A stretch of 64,000 nt of DNA, taken from an uncultured delta proteobacterium. Its GTDB lineage: Bacteria > Myxococcota_A > Polyangia > Palsa-1104. The stretch lies in assembly GCA_963785725.1 (NCBI GenBank), contig CAWAWS010000039.1, positions 192,001 to 256,000 of the forward strand, in the 5' to 3' direction. The position numbers were made by a program, and so were the translations under genes. Below, in pieces: positions 56,068 to 64,000 of the stretch. Under the pieces are notes generated by a model. The model searched no databases, was not told where the DNA came from, and worked only from the letters and a program-made list of their open reading frames with translations. The first letter of the stretch is position 1, and every line of letters begins with the position of its first letter.

Positions 56068-57204
56068 TCAGTTCGGCGCAGCCGCAGCGTCGGGCAAATC
56101 GTAAACTTCGAGCGTCACGCCGCCGCGATCGAACCCTTTGCCTTTGCGCATGAGCAGCAGCCGATTCCCGACAATGCGCCAGCTCGACGGTCGCTGCTGA
56201 CCGGGCAGCCGCAGCCACAAGGTCGCCGCCAACGTCTTGCGATCGATGGCGTAGAGGTCGAGATCGTCGACGTCCGCCTTCTGCCGTTTGACCGCATCGG
56301 GATTGACCGGATCGATCGTCAACGAGACCGCGAGCTTTTGCCCATCGAGCAGCTGAAAGCCAAGCGTCGCCGGGTCGTATTTGTCGAGCGCGCGCGGCAA
56401 AGTCAGCTCGCGATCGACCGCGCCATCGAGCAGGAGCAGCTGCTTCCGATCTTCGGACCAATGGACGATGACCGGCTGATTCGCCGTCTCCCGTCGCAGC
56501 AGCGCCACTTTCGTGAACGCCATCACGTCCTCGACCTCTTTCTCCTCGAGGACTTTGCCGGTGAAGGCGTCGAGCTTGACCGAGCGATCGGGCCGGCGGA
56601 TGTCATGCGCTTTGTCGTACTCGCCCGCGCGCGACGCGACCAGCGCCGTAAAATCGTCCGCCCACCACAGCGGCTTGACGACGAGCGGCCCTTGTTTGAT
56701 CTGCCCTTCGTTGTCCTCTTTCCAGCTGCGCTTCTTGATCGGCCGAAAATTGTCGACGGAATAAGCCACGAGCGTATGCTCCACGCCGGCCTTCTCGACG
56801 CGCGTATAGGTCACGATCGCCGCTTTGCCGCCGACTTTCCCGATCGCCAGCTGCCCGAACGGCCCGAGCGTCTGCGCACCGGCGCCCGCCTGAGTGAACA
56901 CTTGCGCGGTCGCCGCGCCGTCATGCGCCCGCACGATCAAGACGCGCGCCGGTCCCAGCCAATAAATGGCGCTGGCGTCGATGGGCGCGCCTTCGATCGC
57001 CGTGTCCGCGCCGCCGACATCGGCCAAGTGCAGCGTCGCCTTCGTCGCGCCGTCGGTCGTGATGAACGCGGCCGCCTTGCCGTCGCTGCGCAGCGCGTAG
57101 CCGTCATCGATGAAGCCGCCGGCGCCGGCATCCCAGTGAGCGATGGGCGCCGCCGCGGCGACCGCGCCGCCGAGCACGACCGACAAAGCAGCAACGATGC
57201 GCAT
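56068..57204 (-). CDS. Secreted hypothetical protein (beta-rich, propeller-like)
   Basis: Signal peptide MRIVAALSVVLGGAVAAA; good codon usage; last gene of the hslO operon. Confidence 0.75.
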   Translation of the reverse strand: MRIVAALSVVLGGAVAAAAPIAHWDAGAGGFIDDGYALRSDGKAAAFITTDGATKATLHLADVGGADTAIEGAPIDASAIYWLGPARVLIVRAHDGAATAQVFTQAGAGAQTLGPFGQLAIGKVGGKAAIVTYTRVEKAGVEHTLVAYSVDNFRPIKKRSWKEDNEGQIKQGPLVVKPLWWADDFTALVASRAGEYDKAHDIRRPDRSVKLDAFTGKVLEEKEVEDVMAFTKVALLRRETANQPVIVHWSEDRKQLLLLDGAVDRELTLPRALDKYDPATLGFQLLDGQKLAVSLTIDPVNPDAVKRQKADVDDLDLYAIDRKTLAATLWLRLPGQQRPSSWRIVGNRLLLMRKGKGFDRGGVTLEVYDLPDAAAAPN

Positions 57205-57219
57205 GATTTCGTTGTGTGG

Positions 57220-58098
57220 CTAGGTCAGCGAGCTTGTCAAGTTTGCGACCAGCTGCGTGAAGTCGCGCGGCGTCGGCGAATGCACCTTCACGATCGAGCG
57301 ATCGAGCGGATGCGGCAGCTCGAGCGCATAGCCGTGCAAGCACAAGCGCGTGAACGTCGAGCCGCCGTAAGCCGTGTCACCGACGAGCGGATGGCCGATC
57401 GCCGCCAAATGGACGCGCAGCTGATGCGTTCGCCCGGTGTCGAGCCGCAGCTCGACGGCCGTCAGCGGCCGACCGTCACGCACGCCGTGCCCGAGCGCGC
57501 GATAGATCGTATGCGCCGTTTCGCCTGCCGGCGCGTTCTCCGGCAGCGCCGCGCGCAGCCGCGTGTCTTTAGCGTGCCGGCCGATACGCAGCCGAATATG
57601 CCCGTCGCCGCGCAGCTCACCGTCAACGAGCGCCACATAGCGCCGCTCAATCTCGCCCGCCGCCAGCGCGTCTTGCAGCGGCGCCCGCGCGTCCGGCTTG
57701 CGCGCGAAGAGCACGAGCCCCGACGCCTCCTTGTCGAGCCGATGAATGAGGCGCACGTCGTCGCCAAACCGCCGCTGCACGAGCGCGTCGAGCGCATGCG
57801 CCGACTGCGAACGCTCCGCCTGCGACGGCAGCCCGACCGGCTTGTCGACGACGACGAACCATGGATCTTGCAGCACCGTCTGCAGCCGCGGCAGCGCTTC
57901 GCCCGGCTGCTGAAACACCGTGATCTTGTCGCCGACCGCGAGCTTGACGTCCGTCGCCACGCGCTTGCCGTTGACGTAAATGCAGCCCGCGCTCATGAGC
58001 CGGACGATCTCCGCCGCGTCGACTTCCAGCCGCGGCGTCAGGATCTGCACGAGCTCGACGGGATCGTTCGAAAAGCGCGTATAGACGCGTTTCGCCAT
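57220..58098 (-). CDS. RluA/RluD-family pseudouridine synthase
   Basis: S4-like N-terminus, VDKPVG, HRLDKEASG, TGRTHQLRVH, PLVGD, LCLH. Confidence 0.93.
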   Translation of the reverse strand: MAKRVYTRFSNDPVELVQILTPRLEVDAAEIVRLMSAGCIYVNGKRVATDVKLAVGDKITVFQQPGEALPRLQTVLQDPWFVVVDKPVGLPSQAERSQSAHALDALVQRRFGDDVRLIHRLDKEASGLVLFARKPDARAPLQDALAAGEIERRYVALVDGELRGDGHIRLRIGRHAKDTRLRAALPENAPAGETAHTIYRALGHGVRDGRPLTAVELRLDTGRTHQLRVHLAAIGHPLVGDTAYGGSTFTRLCLHGYALELPHPLDRSIVKVHSPTPRDFTQLVANLTSSLT

Positions 58099-59026
58099 TT
58101 AGTGCGACGGCAACGGCGGCAGCTGACTCAGCGCCAACGCCAATTCGGCCCCAAAGCTGGCGTTGTTGAGCGCGAGAATGCGATTGGCGGCGAGGCTGCG
58201 CTTTTGCGTCGCGCGCGAGACGAACGCCAGCAGATGCGGCGTCAGCGCCTTGCCGCGAATGCCGTTGCGCGTCGCGTCGGCCAGCGCCTCGTCGACGGCG
58301 TGCTGAATCAGCTCGACGTCGAGCGCGTGCGCCTTCGGAATCGGGTTCGCGATCAGCATTCCGGCTTGACCGAGCGTCCAGTGCGCATGACAGACGCGCG
58401 CACCTTCGTCGGGCGAGTCGATGCGATGCTCGAGCTTGAGCCCGCTCGTATACGTATAAAACGCCGGGAATTCGTTGGTTCTCACGCCGATGACCGGCAC
58501 CGCCAGCGTCTCCAACATCTCGAGCGTCCGCGGCAGATCGAGGATCGACTTACAGCCCGCCGACACGACCGCGATCGGCTCGCGTGACAGCGTCGTCAGA
58601 TCGCTCGACACGTCGCCGTCGTCGCCGCGATGGACGCCGCCGATGCCGCCGGTCGCGAAGACGCGAATGCCGGCGCGCGCGGCCGCGAAGGCTGTCGCCG
58701 AGACCGTCGTCGCGCCGCTTTCGCCGCGCGCACACAACAGGCCCAAGTCGGCGACGCCGGCCTTGCGCCAACGATCGGGTCCGCTGGCGCGCGCCATCGC
58801 CTCCAACGTCGCACCGTCGATGCCGACGATGATGCGCCCGCTGACGACGGCGATCGTCGCCGGCACCGCGCCATGCCGCCGCACTTCTTCCTCGAGCGCG
58901 CGCCCGACATCGAAGTTCTCCGGCCACGGCAGCCCATGCGCGACGATCGTCGACTCCAGCGCCACGACCGGCTTGCCCTCCGCTCAGCGCGGTCCGGACC
59001 TCGTCCGAAATCTGCAACAGTTCCAT
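58099..59026 (-). CDS. psuG: Pseudouridine-5'-phosphate glycosidase, frameshifted near 58980
   Basis: MELLQISDEVRTALS then (E)GKPVVALESTIVAHG after removing one base at 58980-58981; GATTVS, FATGGIGGVHR, KSILD, GKALTP. Confidence 0.9.
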
Positions 59027-59926
59027 TTAGTTCGGCTCTCGCGGCTTATCGGCGACGGCGCGAATCCGCTCCAGCTCCGGCTTCTCGACCCGATATTTCG
59101 TGCTGCAGTAATTGCAGACGACTTCCGCCGGCTTGTTCTCTGCGATCATTTCGTCGAGCTCTTTGGTCCCGAGCATCGCCAACAGGTTCGCAATTCGCTC
59201 CGGCGTGCAGTGGCATTGGAAGCGTAGCAGCCGCTCGTCGCCGATAATCTCCAAGCCCGGTCCCCAAATCGCCTCGCCCATCGCCTGCGTCGAACGCTCG
59301 CCCGCGGCCAACAGGTCGTACAGCCGACCGCCGCGCAGCATGCCCTGCGCGATGACCACTGCATCGGGCTCGCCGCCCGGCATCGCCTGCACGAGCACGC
59401 CCGCCGCCGCCACGACGGCACCGCGCTCGTCGAGCACGACCTCGCAGCCCAACGCCGACGGCACCTGCTCGCTGATCTGCAGATAATTCTCGACATCCTC
59501 GTCGACTTCGCCGGTCACGAGCGCCGTCTGCCCTTGGTACAGATCTTTGAGCCCCAAGTCGCGCAACAGGCTGACGACGCCTTTCTTGCCGACGAGCTCG
59601 CCGATCTGCTGTCTTCCCGCCGGCAAGATCAGGTTGGCCTCGGGATGCGAGACATAGCCGCGCACTTCACCGGCGCCGTTGGCGTCGACGGTGATCGAGC
59701 CGAGCGGCCCGTTGCCGAGAATCTGCAAGGTGACGCGCTCTTTGCCCTTGGTCAGCGTCGCCAAGAGGAGCCCGGCGGTCAGCCCGCGCCCGAGCGCCAC
59801 GGTGGCTGCCGGCGAGAGGTGGTGGCCGCGCGCAGCTTCAGCGACCAGAGAAGTTGTAAGCACCGTCGCCACACGCACATGAGACTCGCGAGCGATAGCG
59901 CGGATCAGGTGATCCGAAGCAGTCAT
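59027..59926 (-). CDS. hslO: Hsp33 redox chaperone
   Basis: GNGPLG, VRGY, SEQVPS, CHC...CNYC zinc motif. Start at ATG 59926, downstream of TATGAT. Confidence 0.93.
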   Translation of the reverse strand: MTASDHLIRAIARESHVRVATVLTTSLVAEAARGHHLSPAATVALGRGLTAGLLLATLTKGKERVTLQILGNGPLGSITVDANGAGEVRGYVSHPEANLILPAGRQQIGELVGKKGVVSLLRDLGLKDLYQGQTALVTGEVDEDVENYLQISEQVPSALGCEVVLDERGAVVAAAGVLVQAMPGGEPDAVVIAQGMLRGGRLYDLLAAGERSTQAMGEAIWGPGLEIIGDERLLRFQCHCTPERIANLLAMLGTKELDEMIAENKPAEVVCNYCSTKYRVEKPELERIRAVADKPREPN

Positions 59927-59979
59927 GACTATCGAGATCATAGCAGATTGACGGCGACGCCCAGGCCGACGATGCTCCT

Positions 59980-60171
59980 ATGGTGCGGCTTCCCTGGACG
60001 CCCGAATTCGACGCTGAGCGCGAGCGATTCGCCTTCCGCTTCTGCTGCGAGGACTGCGCGCATTTCGACGCCGCGCACGAGCGCTGTCGTCACGAATGGC
60101 CCAACGAGCTGCATCGCGAGCGCGAACGGCCGCCAATCCTCGACTTCTGCAAGGAGTTCGAGCTGTGCTGA
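59980..60171 (+). CDS. Small Cys-rich protein
   Basis: CCEDCAHF..C.H..FCKEFELC; TTGACG-17-GATGCT directly upstream; overlaps the next start. Confidence 0.7.
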   Translation: MVRLPWTPEFDAERERFAFRFCCEDCAHFDAAHERCRHEWPNELHRERERPPILDFCKEFELC

Positions 60172-61820
60172 CCGGCAACGAGGCGTTGGCGCGCGCGCTG
60201 TCGACGGCACGGATTCGCAGCGCGTGGTCCTTCCCCGGCTCGCCGCTGACGAAGCTGGAGCTGCTGCTCGACGGTCGCGGCGCGCCCGGGGTCAACCATC
60301 GCTTCACCGTCAACGAGCACGTGGCGATGTCGCTGGCGCTCGGTGGCGCGCTCTTGTCCGGCCACGGGACGTGCGCGCTCATGAAGCATGTCGGGATCAA
60401 TGTGGCGCTCGACACCTTGGCGACCTTCGGGCTCGTAAACGAGCTGCGTTCGCCGTCGCTCATCATCGAAGGCGTCGATCCCGGGCCGGTCTCGTCGCAG
60501 AACGCGCAGGACAATCGCGGGGCGCTGACGGATCTGGCGCATCTGCTGCAGCTCGAAGCCGGCTCGCCAGACGAGGTTTACCAGCTGACGCGTCTGGCCG
60601 CGAGCGTCTCCCATCGCACGGGAATGCCGGTGTTGCTGCGGGTTCACGAGCGCGCGCTCAACCATCGCGGCGACGTGTTCGAGGCGCCGCCCGAGCTGCC
60701 GGAAGGCTCGCTGATGACGTTTTCGCGCGCCGCCGGGCCGTTCATCTCGACGGCGGCGACCTATCGCTATCACGTCGACAAGCGCGCGCGGCGGTTGCGT
60801 CAGCTCCAGCCGCTCGTCGACGCGCTGACGGTGCGGACGTTCGGTGAAGGCAACCAAGCCGTCGTTTTATCGGGCACGCTCGGGCCGCTGGCGCACGCGC
60901 GCTCGTGGGCGCGCCGGCTCTCGACGGTGCGGCTGGCGGCGTCGTGGCCGTTGCCGCGGCAGACGTTGATCGAGCTGATGAAAGGGCGCGACGAGCTGTT
61001 GGTCCTCGAAGAGGGCGAGCCGTTCCTCGAGCGCGAGCTGCAGGCGTTCGCGCATCGCGAGTCGCTGGCCTGTCGCGTGCGCGGATCGGGCGACACGCGG
61101 CCGCAGAAGCTCGACGACGAACGCATCGATACGCTGCTCAGCCGCTTCGGCGGTCGGGTCAGAGCGGACGTCGACCCGGTCGTGCGCGCGCCGGCCGATT
61201 GGCGCGATGCCGCCGAAGCGCTGGCGAGCTTGGGCGACGACGATGGCGAGCCGTGGCCGCTGCATGTCGCTCGTTCGCGCGCGAAAATGAAGGCGTTTTC
61301 GCCGAACGATCCGCGCGTGACGCTGCTGACGAGCCTGCGCAAGCTGGAGCGGCCGACCATCATCGTCGGCGATCCGGGGACGACGGGCGTGCTCGGCATT
61401 CGCGATCGGCTCGTCGACGTCAAGATGCACATGGGCTCGGCGGCGCCGATCGCAGGCGCGCTGGCCGATGCGTCCGAAGTCGAGGAGCAAGCCGGTGCGC
61501 CGCTGGCCGTGGCGTTGATCGGCGATACGAATCATTACCATTCGGAGCTGTTGGGCGTGCTCGACAACGCTATCGCCAAGCGGGAAGTGCTGCACGTGCT
61601 CGTCGTCAATCGGCGCTCGGAGATGACGGCAGGCGTGAAGACGCCCTATTTGACCGACGATGCGCTGGAGACGCAGCTGCGCTCGGCCGGTCTGCATGTG
61701 GCGACGGCGTCGCTCGACGATCCGGGCTTGGCCGCGGCGGTCGCCTATTCGGCGTCGCGGCACGGGCCGCGCGCGCTCGTTTGCTATGGCGCGACGCGCG
61801 CCGAAGAGGTCGAAGGCTAG
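60165..61820 (+). CDS. IorA-like (indolepyruvate:ferredoxin oxidoreductase alpha) ThDP-fold protein, divergent
   Basis: LTGNEALAR, FPGSP, VNEHVA, MKHVGINVA.D, DP..SSQNAQDNR, LVLEEGEPFLE, IGD..H..N..MT. Confidence 0.82.
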   Translation: MLTGNEALARALSTARIRSAWSFPGSPLTKLELLLDGRGAPGVNHRFTVNEHVAMSLALGGALLSGHGTCALMKHVGINVALDTLATFGLVNELRSPSLIIEGVDPGPVSSQNAQDNRGALTDLAHLLQLEAGSPDEVYQLTRLAASVSHRTGMPVLLRVHERALNHRGDVFEAPPELPEGSLMTFSRAAGPFISTAATYRYHVDKRARRLRQLQPLVDALTVRTFGEGNQAVVLSGTLGPLAHARSWARRLSTVRLAASWPLPRQTLIELMKGRDELLVLEEGEPFLERELQAFAHRESLACRVRGSGDTRPQKLDDERIDTLLSRFGGRVRADVDPVVRAPADWRDAAEALASLGDDDGEPWPLHVARSRAKMKAFSPNDPRVTLLTSLRKLERPTIIVGDPGTTGVLGIRDRLVDVKMHMGSAAPIAGALADASEVEEQAGAPLAVALIGDTNHYHSELLGVLDNAIAKREVLHVLVVNRRSEMTAGVKTPYLTDDALETQLRSAGLHVATASLDDPGLAAAVAYSASRHGPRALVCYGATRAEEVEG

Positions 61821-61823
61821 GGC

Positions 61824-62144
61824 ATGTTCAGCCTCGTTCGTTTCCTGATTTCACTCATGATGTTCGCTGCCTTCATCTGGTTCGCGGTGACGGTGCCGCT
61901 CGGCAAGCGCACGTTGTGGGGCCACACGCAGGCGATCTTCGGCACGCAAGCCGCCAAAGACTTGGCCGACGGCACGAAGGAAGAGGCGCAGAAAGTGGCC
62001 GAGCGCGTGCGCGAAGGGCTGCATACGCCGGACTTGAGCCCGCCGCCGCGGCCGCGCGTCGTCGAGCCGCTCGATCCCGGCGATGGCCCGAACGACAAAG
62101 CGCGGCGCAAGATCGATCATCCGGTGAAGCAAAAGACGCACTGA
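61824..62144 (+). CDS. Small membrane protein
   Basis: N-terminal TM followed by VPLGKRTLWGH. Confidence 0.7.
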   Translation: MFSLVRFLISLMMFAAFIWFAVTVPLGKRTLWGHTQAIFGTQAAKDLADGTKEEAQKVAERVREGLHTPDLSPPPRPRVVEPLDPGDGPNDKARRKIDHPVKQKTH

Positions 62145-62164
62145 GTGGCGGCTTCGTCGTCGCG

Positions 62165-63571
62165 ATGGCACAATCGACGCGCATGTTTCGCCTGCTGATG
62201 TTGGCGCTCTTGGTCGCGGCGCCCGTCGCTGCCGAAGAGCCTTTGTGGACCGAGGGCTCGGCCAAGTCGGTGGCCAACGCGCCCATCAACTTGCAGGCGT
62301 TCGTGCGTTTGGCGCGAACCTTGGGCCCGGCGGTGGTCAACGTCATCGCCATCAGCTCGCCCGACGGCGCCGCCGCCGAAGATCACACCGGACCGGGCGA
62401 AAAACCGCACGGACACGGTCGCGGCCAGGGCACCGGCTTCGTCGTGCACAAGAGCGGCTACATCCTGACCAACAGCCACGTCGTCGAAGGCGCGGACGAC
62501 ATACGCGTCCGTCTCAGCGACGAGCGCGAGCTGTCGGCGCGGCTCATCGGACGCGACGAGCATACTGACATCGCGCTCCTCAAGATCGAGGCCGGCGCCG
62601 CGCTCGACGTCGCGCCGCTCGGCAACTCCGACGACGTGCAGATCGGCGAGTGGGTCATGGCCATCGGCAACCCGTTCGGCCTCGATCACACGGTCACCGC
62701 CGGAATCATCAGCGCCAAAGGTCGCCGCGACGTGCGTCCGGGCGGCACGCAAACCGGCTACTACGACTTCATCCAGACCGACGCGTCGATCAATCCCGGC
62801 AATTCGGGCGGCCCGCTCATTAATACGCGCGGCGAGGTCATCGGCATCAACACCGCCATGAACGCGCAGGCGCAAGGCATCGGCTTCGCCATTCCCATCA
62901 ACATGGCCAAGGTGATCGCTCCCATGCTGCGCGAGTTTGGCAAGGCGCCACGCAGCTGGATGGGCGTCTATCCGCAGTCGATCACCGTCAATTTGAAGCG
63001 GGCGTTCAACTTGCCCGATCGTCGCGGCGCCTTGGTCAGCGATGTCGTGGCCGATTCGCCGGCGGCGCGCGCCGGGCTGCAGACGGGCGACGTCATCCTC
63101 GACTTCGACGGTCATGCCATCAAGCGCGCCGACGATCTGATGTGGCTCGTGGCGACGACGGCGGCGGGCAAGAAGGTGCCGCTCACCACCTATCGGCGCG
63201 GCACGTCGGCGCACATCGCGGTCACGCTGCAAGCGGCGCCCGAGGAGCCCGATCACGTCTCGCCGGTGCATGCGCCGTCGACGCATAAGTCGCCGCTGGG
63301 CATGACGGTGTCGGAGATTTCGCCCGGCATCGCGCGCGAGCTCGGTCAGGCGCAGCTACGCGGCGTGGTCGTCATGTCGGTCGAGCCCGACAGCCCGGCG
63401 GTCGAAGCCGGCCTCGAGCGCGGCGACATCATCGTGCGCGTCGGTGAGCTGACGATTTTGTCGCTCGACGATTACGCGCGGGCCGTTCGCGGCGCGCCGC
63501 ACGGCGACATGCTGCGGCTGCTCGTCAAGCGCGACGGCAAGAACACCTGGTTCGCCTTCCAAAAGCGCTAA
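62165..63571 (+). CDS. DegP/HtrA serine protease with two PDZ domains
   Basis: GTGF, LTNSHVV, TDIALLK, IQTDASINPGNSGGPL; two PDZ domains. Confidence 0.95.
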   Translation: MAQSTRMFRLLMLALLVAAPVAAEEPLWTEGSAKSVANAPINLQAFVRLARTLGPAVVNVIAISSPDGAAAEDHTGPGEKPHGHGRGQGTGFVVHKSGYILTNSHVVEGADDIRVRLSDERELSARLIGRDEHTDIALLKIEAGAALDVAPLGNSDDVQIGEWVMAIGNPFGLDHTVTAGIISAKGRRDVRPGGTQTGYYDFIQTDASINPGNSGGPLINTRGEVIGINTAMNAQAQGIGFAIPINMAKVIAPMLREFGKAPRSWMGVYPQSITVNLKRAFNLPDRRGALVSDVVADSPAARAGLQTGDVILDFDGHAIKRADDLMWLVATTAAGKKVPLTTYRRGTSAHIAVTLQAAPEEPDHVSPVHAPSTHKSPLGMTVSEISPGIARELGQAQLRGVVVMSVEPDSPAVEAGLERGDIIVRVGELTILSLDDYARAVRGAPHGDMLRLLVKRDGKNTWFAFQKR

Positions 63572-63601
63572 AAAAGCCGCGCGCCAAGCAATAATCGATC
63601 T

Positions 63602-63625
63602 CTCCTGACATCAAGCTGTCAGGAG
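63602..63625. promoter_or_regulatory. Perfect inverted repeat, putative operator
   Basis: CTCCTGACA-N6-TGTCAGGAG, 45 nt upstream of the YafY-type gene. Confidence 0.7.
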
Positions 63626-63670
63626 CCAAACCGTATCACTCCTCCATGAACGAGCGCGTGAGGAGATCAG

Positions 63671-64000
63671 ATGCGGCGAGCAGATCGACTATTTCGTATC
63701 GTGCAGCTGCTGCGTCGTCGGCGAATGACGACGGCGCGGCGACTGGCCGACGACCTCGAGGTGTCCGAGCGGACGGTCTATCGCGACGTGGCCGATCTCA
63801 TCGGCTCGGGCGTACCCATTCGCGGCGAGGCGGGCGTGGGCTACGAGATCGAGCGGAAGTTCAATCTGCCGCCGCTCATGTTCACCGACGACGAGCTGGA
63901 GGCGTTGGTGCTCGGCGTGCGCATCGTCGAGAGCTGGACCGATGCGACGCTGGCGGAGGCGGCGCGCCAAGTCGTGGCCAAGGTCGAGGCGATCTTGCCG
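63671..64000 (+). CDS. YafY-family HTH-WYL transcriptional regulator (truncated by window end)
   Basis: Manual translation MRRADRLFRIVQLLRRRRMTTARRLADDLEVSERTVYRDVADLIGSGVPIRGEAGVGY..LPPLMFTDDELEAL; AGGAG RBS. Confidence 0.93.
   Translation, partial: MRRADRLFRIVQLLRRRRMTTARRLADDLEVSERTVYRDVADLIGSGVPIRGEAGVGYEIERKFNLPPLMFTDDELEALVLGVRIVESWTDATLAEAARQVVAKVEAILP

Noticed and set aside
55918..58587. 889-aa plus-strand ORF as a full protein
   Set aside because: Beyond about 50 aa it is the antisense shadow of three well-supported minus-strand genes.

Overview
GC-rich bacterial chromosome segment. The gene content (PEGA kinase, FHA/DUF4388, HEAT, Cys-rich lipoproteins, several sigma54-type promoters) suggests Myxococcota, which is an inference. 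Most of the window is housekeeping or envelope function: dtd, dipeptide-type ABC permeases, malate synthase plus a long isocitrate lyase, comM-recA, two sulfatase-like proteins, slyD, serS, an AddAB-like pair, ihfB, clpX, dacB, carbonic anhydrase, phospholipase C, rluA-psuG-hslO, degP and a YafY/WYL regulator. I saw no rRNA, tRNA, CRISPR array or transposase. The main discovery is a dispersed intergenic DNA motif (core AGATCCGGTAGCCGGACA). Two long copies about 39 kb apart are 36/38 identical. Each lies 59-60 nt upstream of a GG-N10-GC sigma54-type promoter, followed 14-15 nt later by a near-leaderless start codon. One copy drives comM / four-helix-bundle-like gene / recA / dead-nitrilase-fold gene. 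The second drives a lone four-helix-bundle-like gene. A third copy abuts a decayed four-helix-bundle relic. Also notable: a pseudokinase, a ClpX paralog lacking the RKH loop followed by two degenerate tandem arrays, an IorA-like protein without Fe-S motifs coupled to a small Cys-rich ORF, widespread leaderless starts, and three +1 frameshifts that look like sequencing errors. All family calls are from motif recognition by eye; no searches were run.
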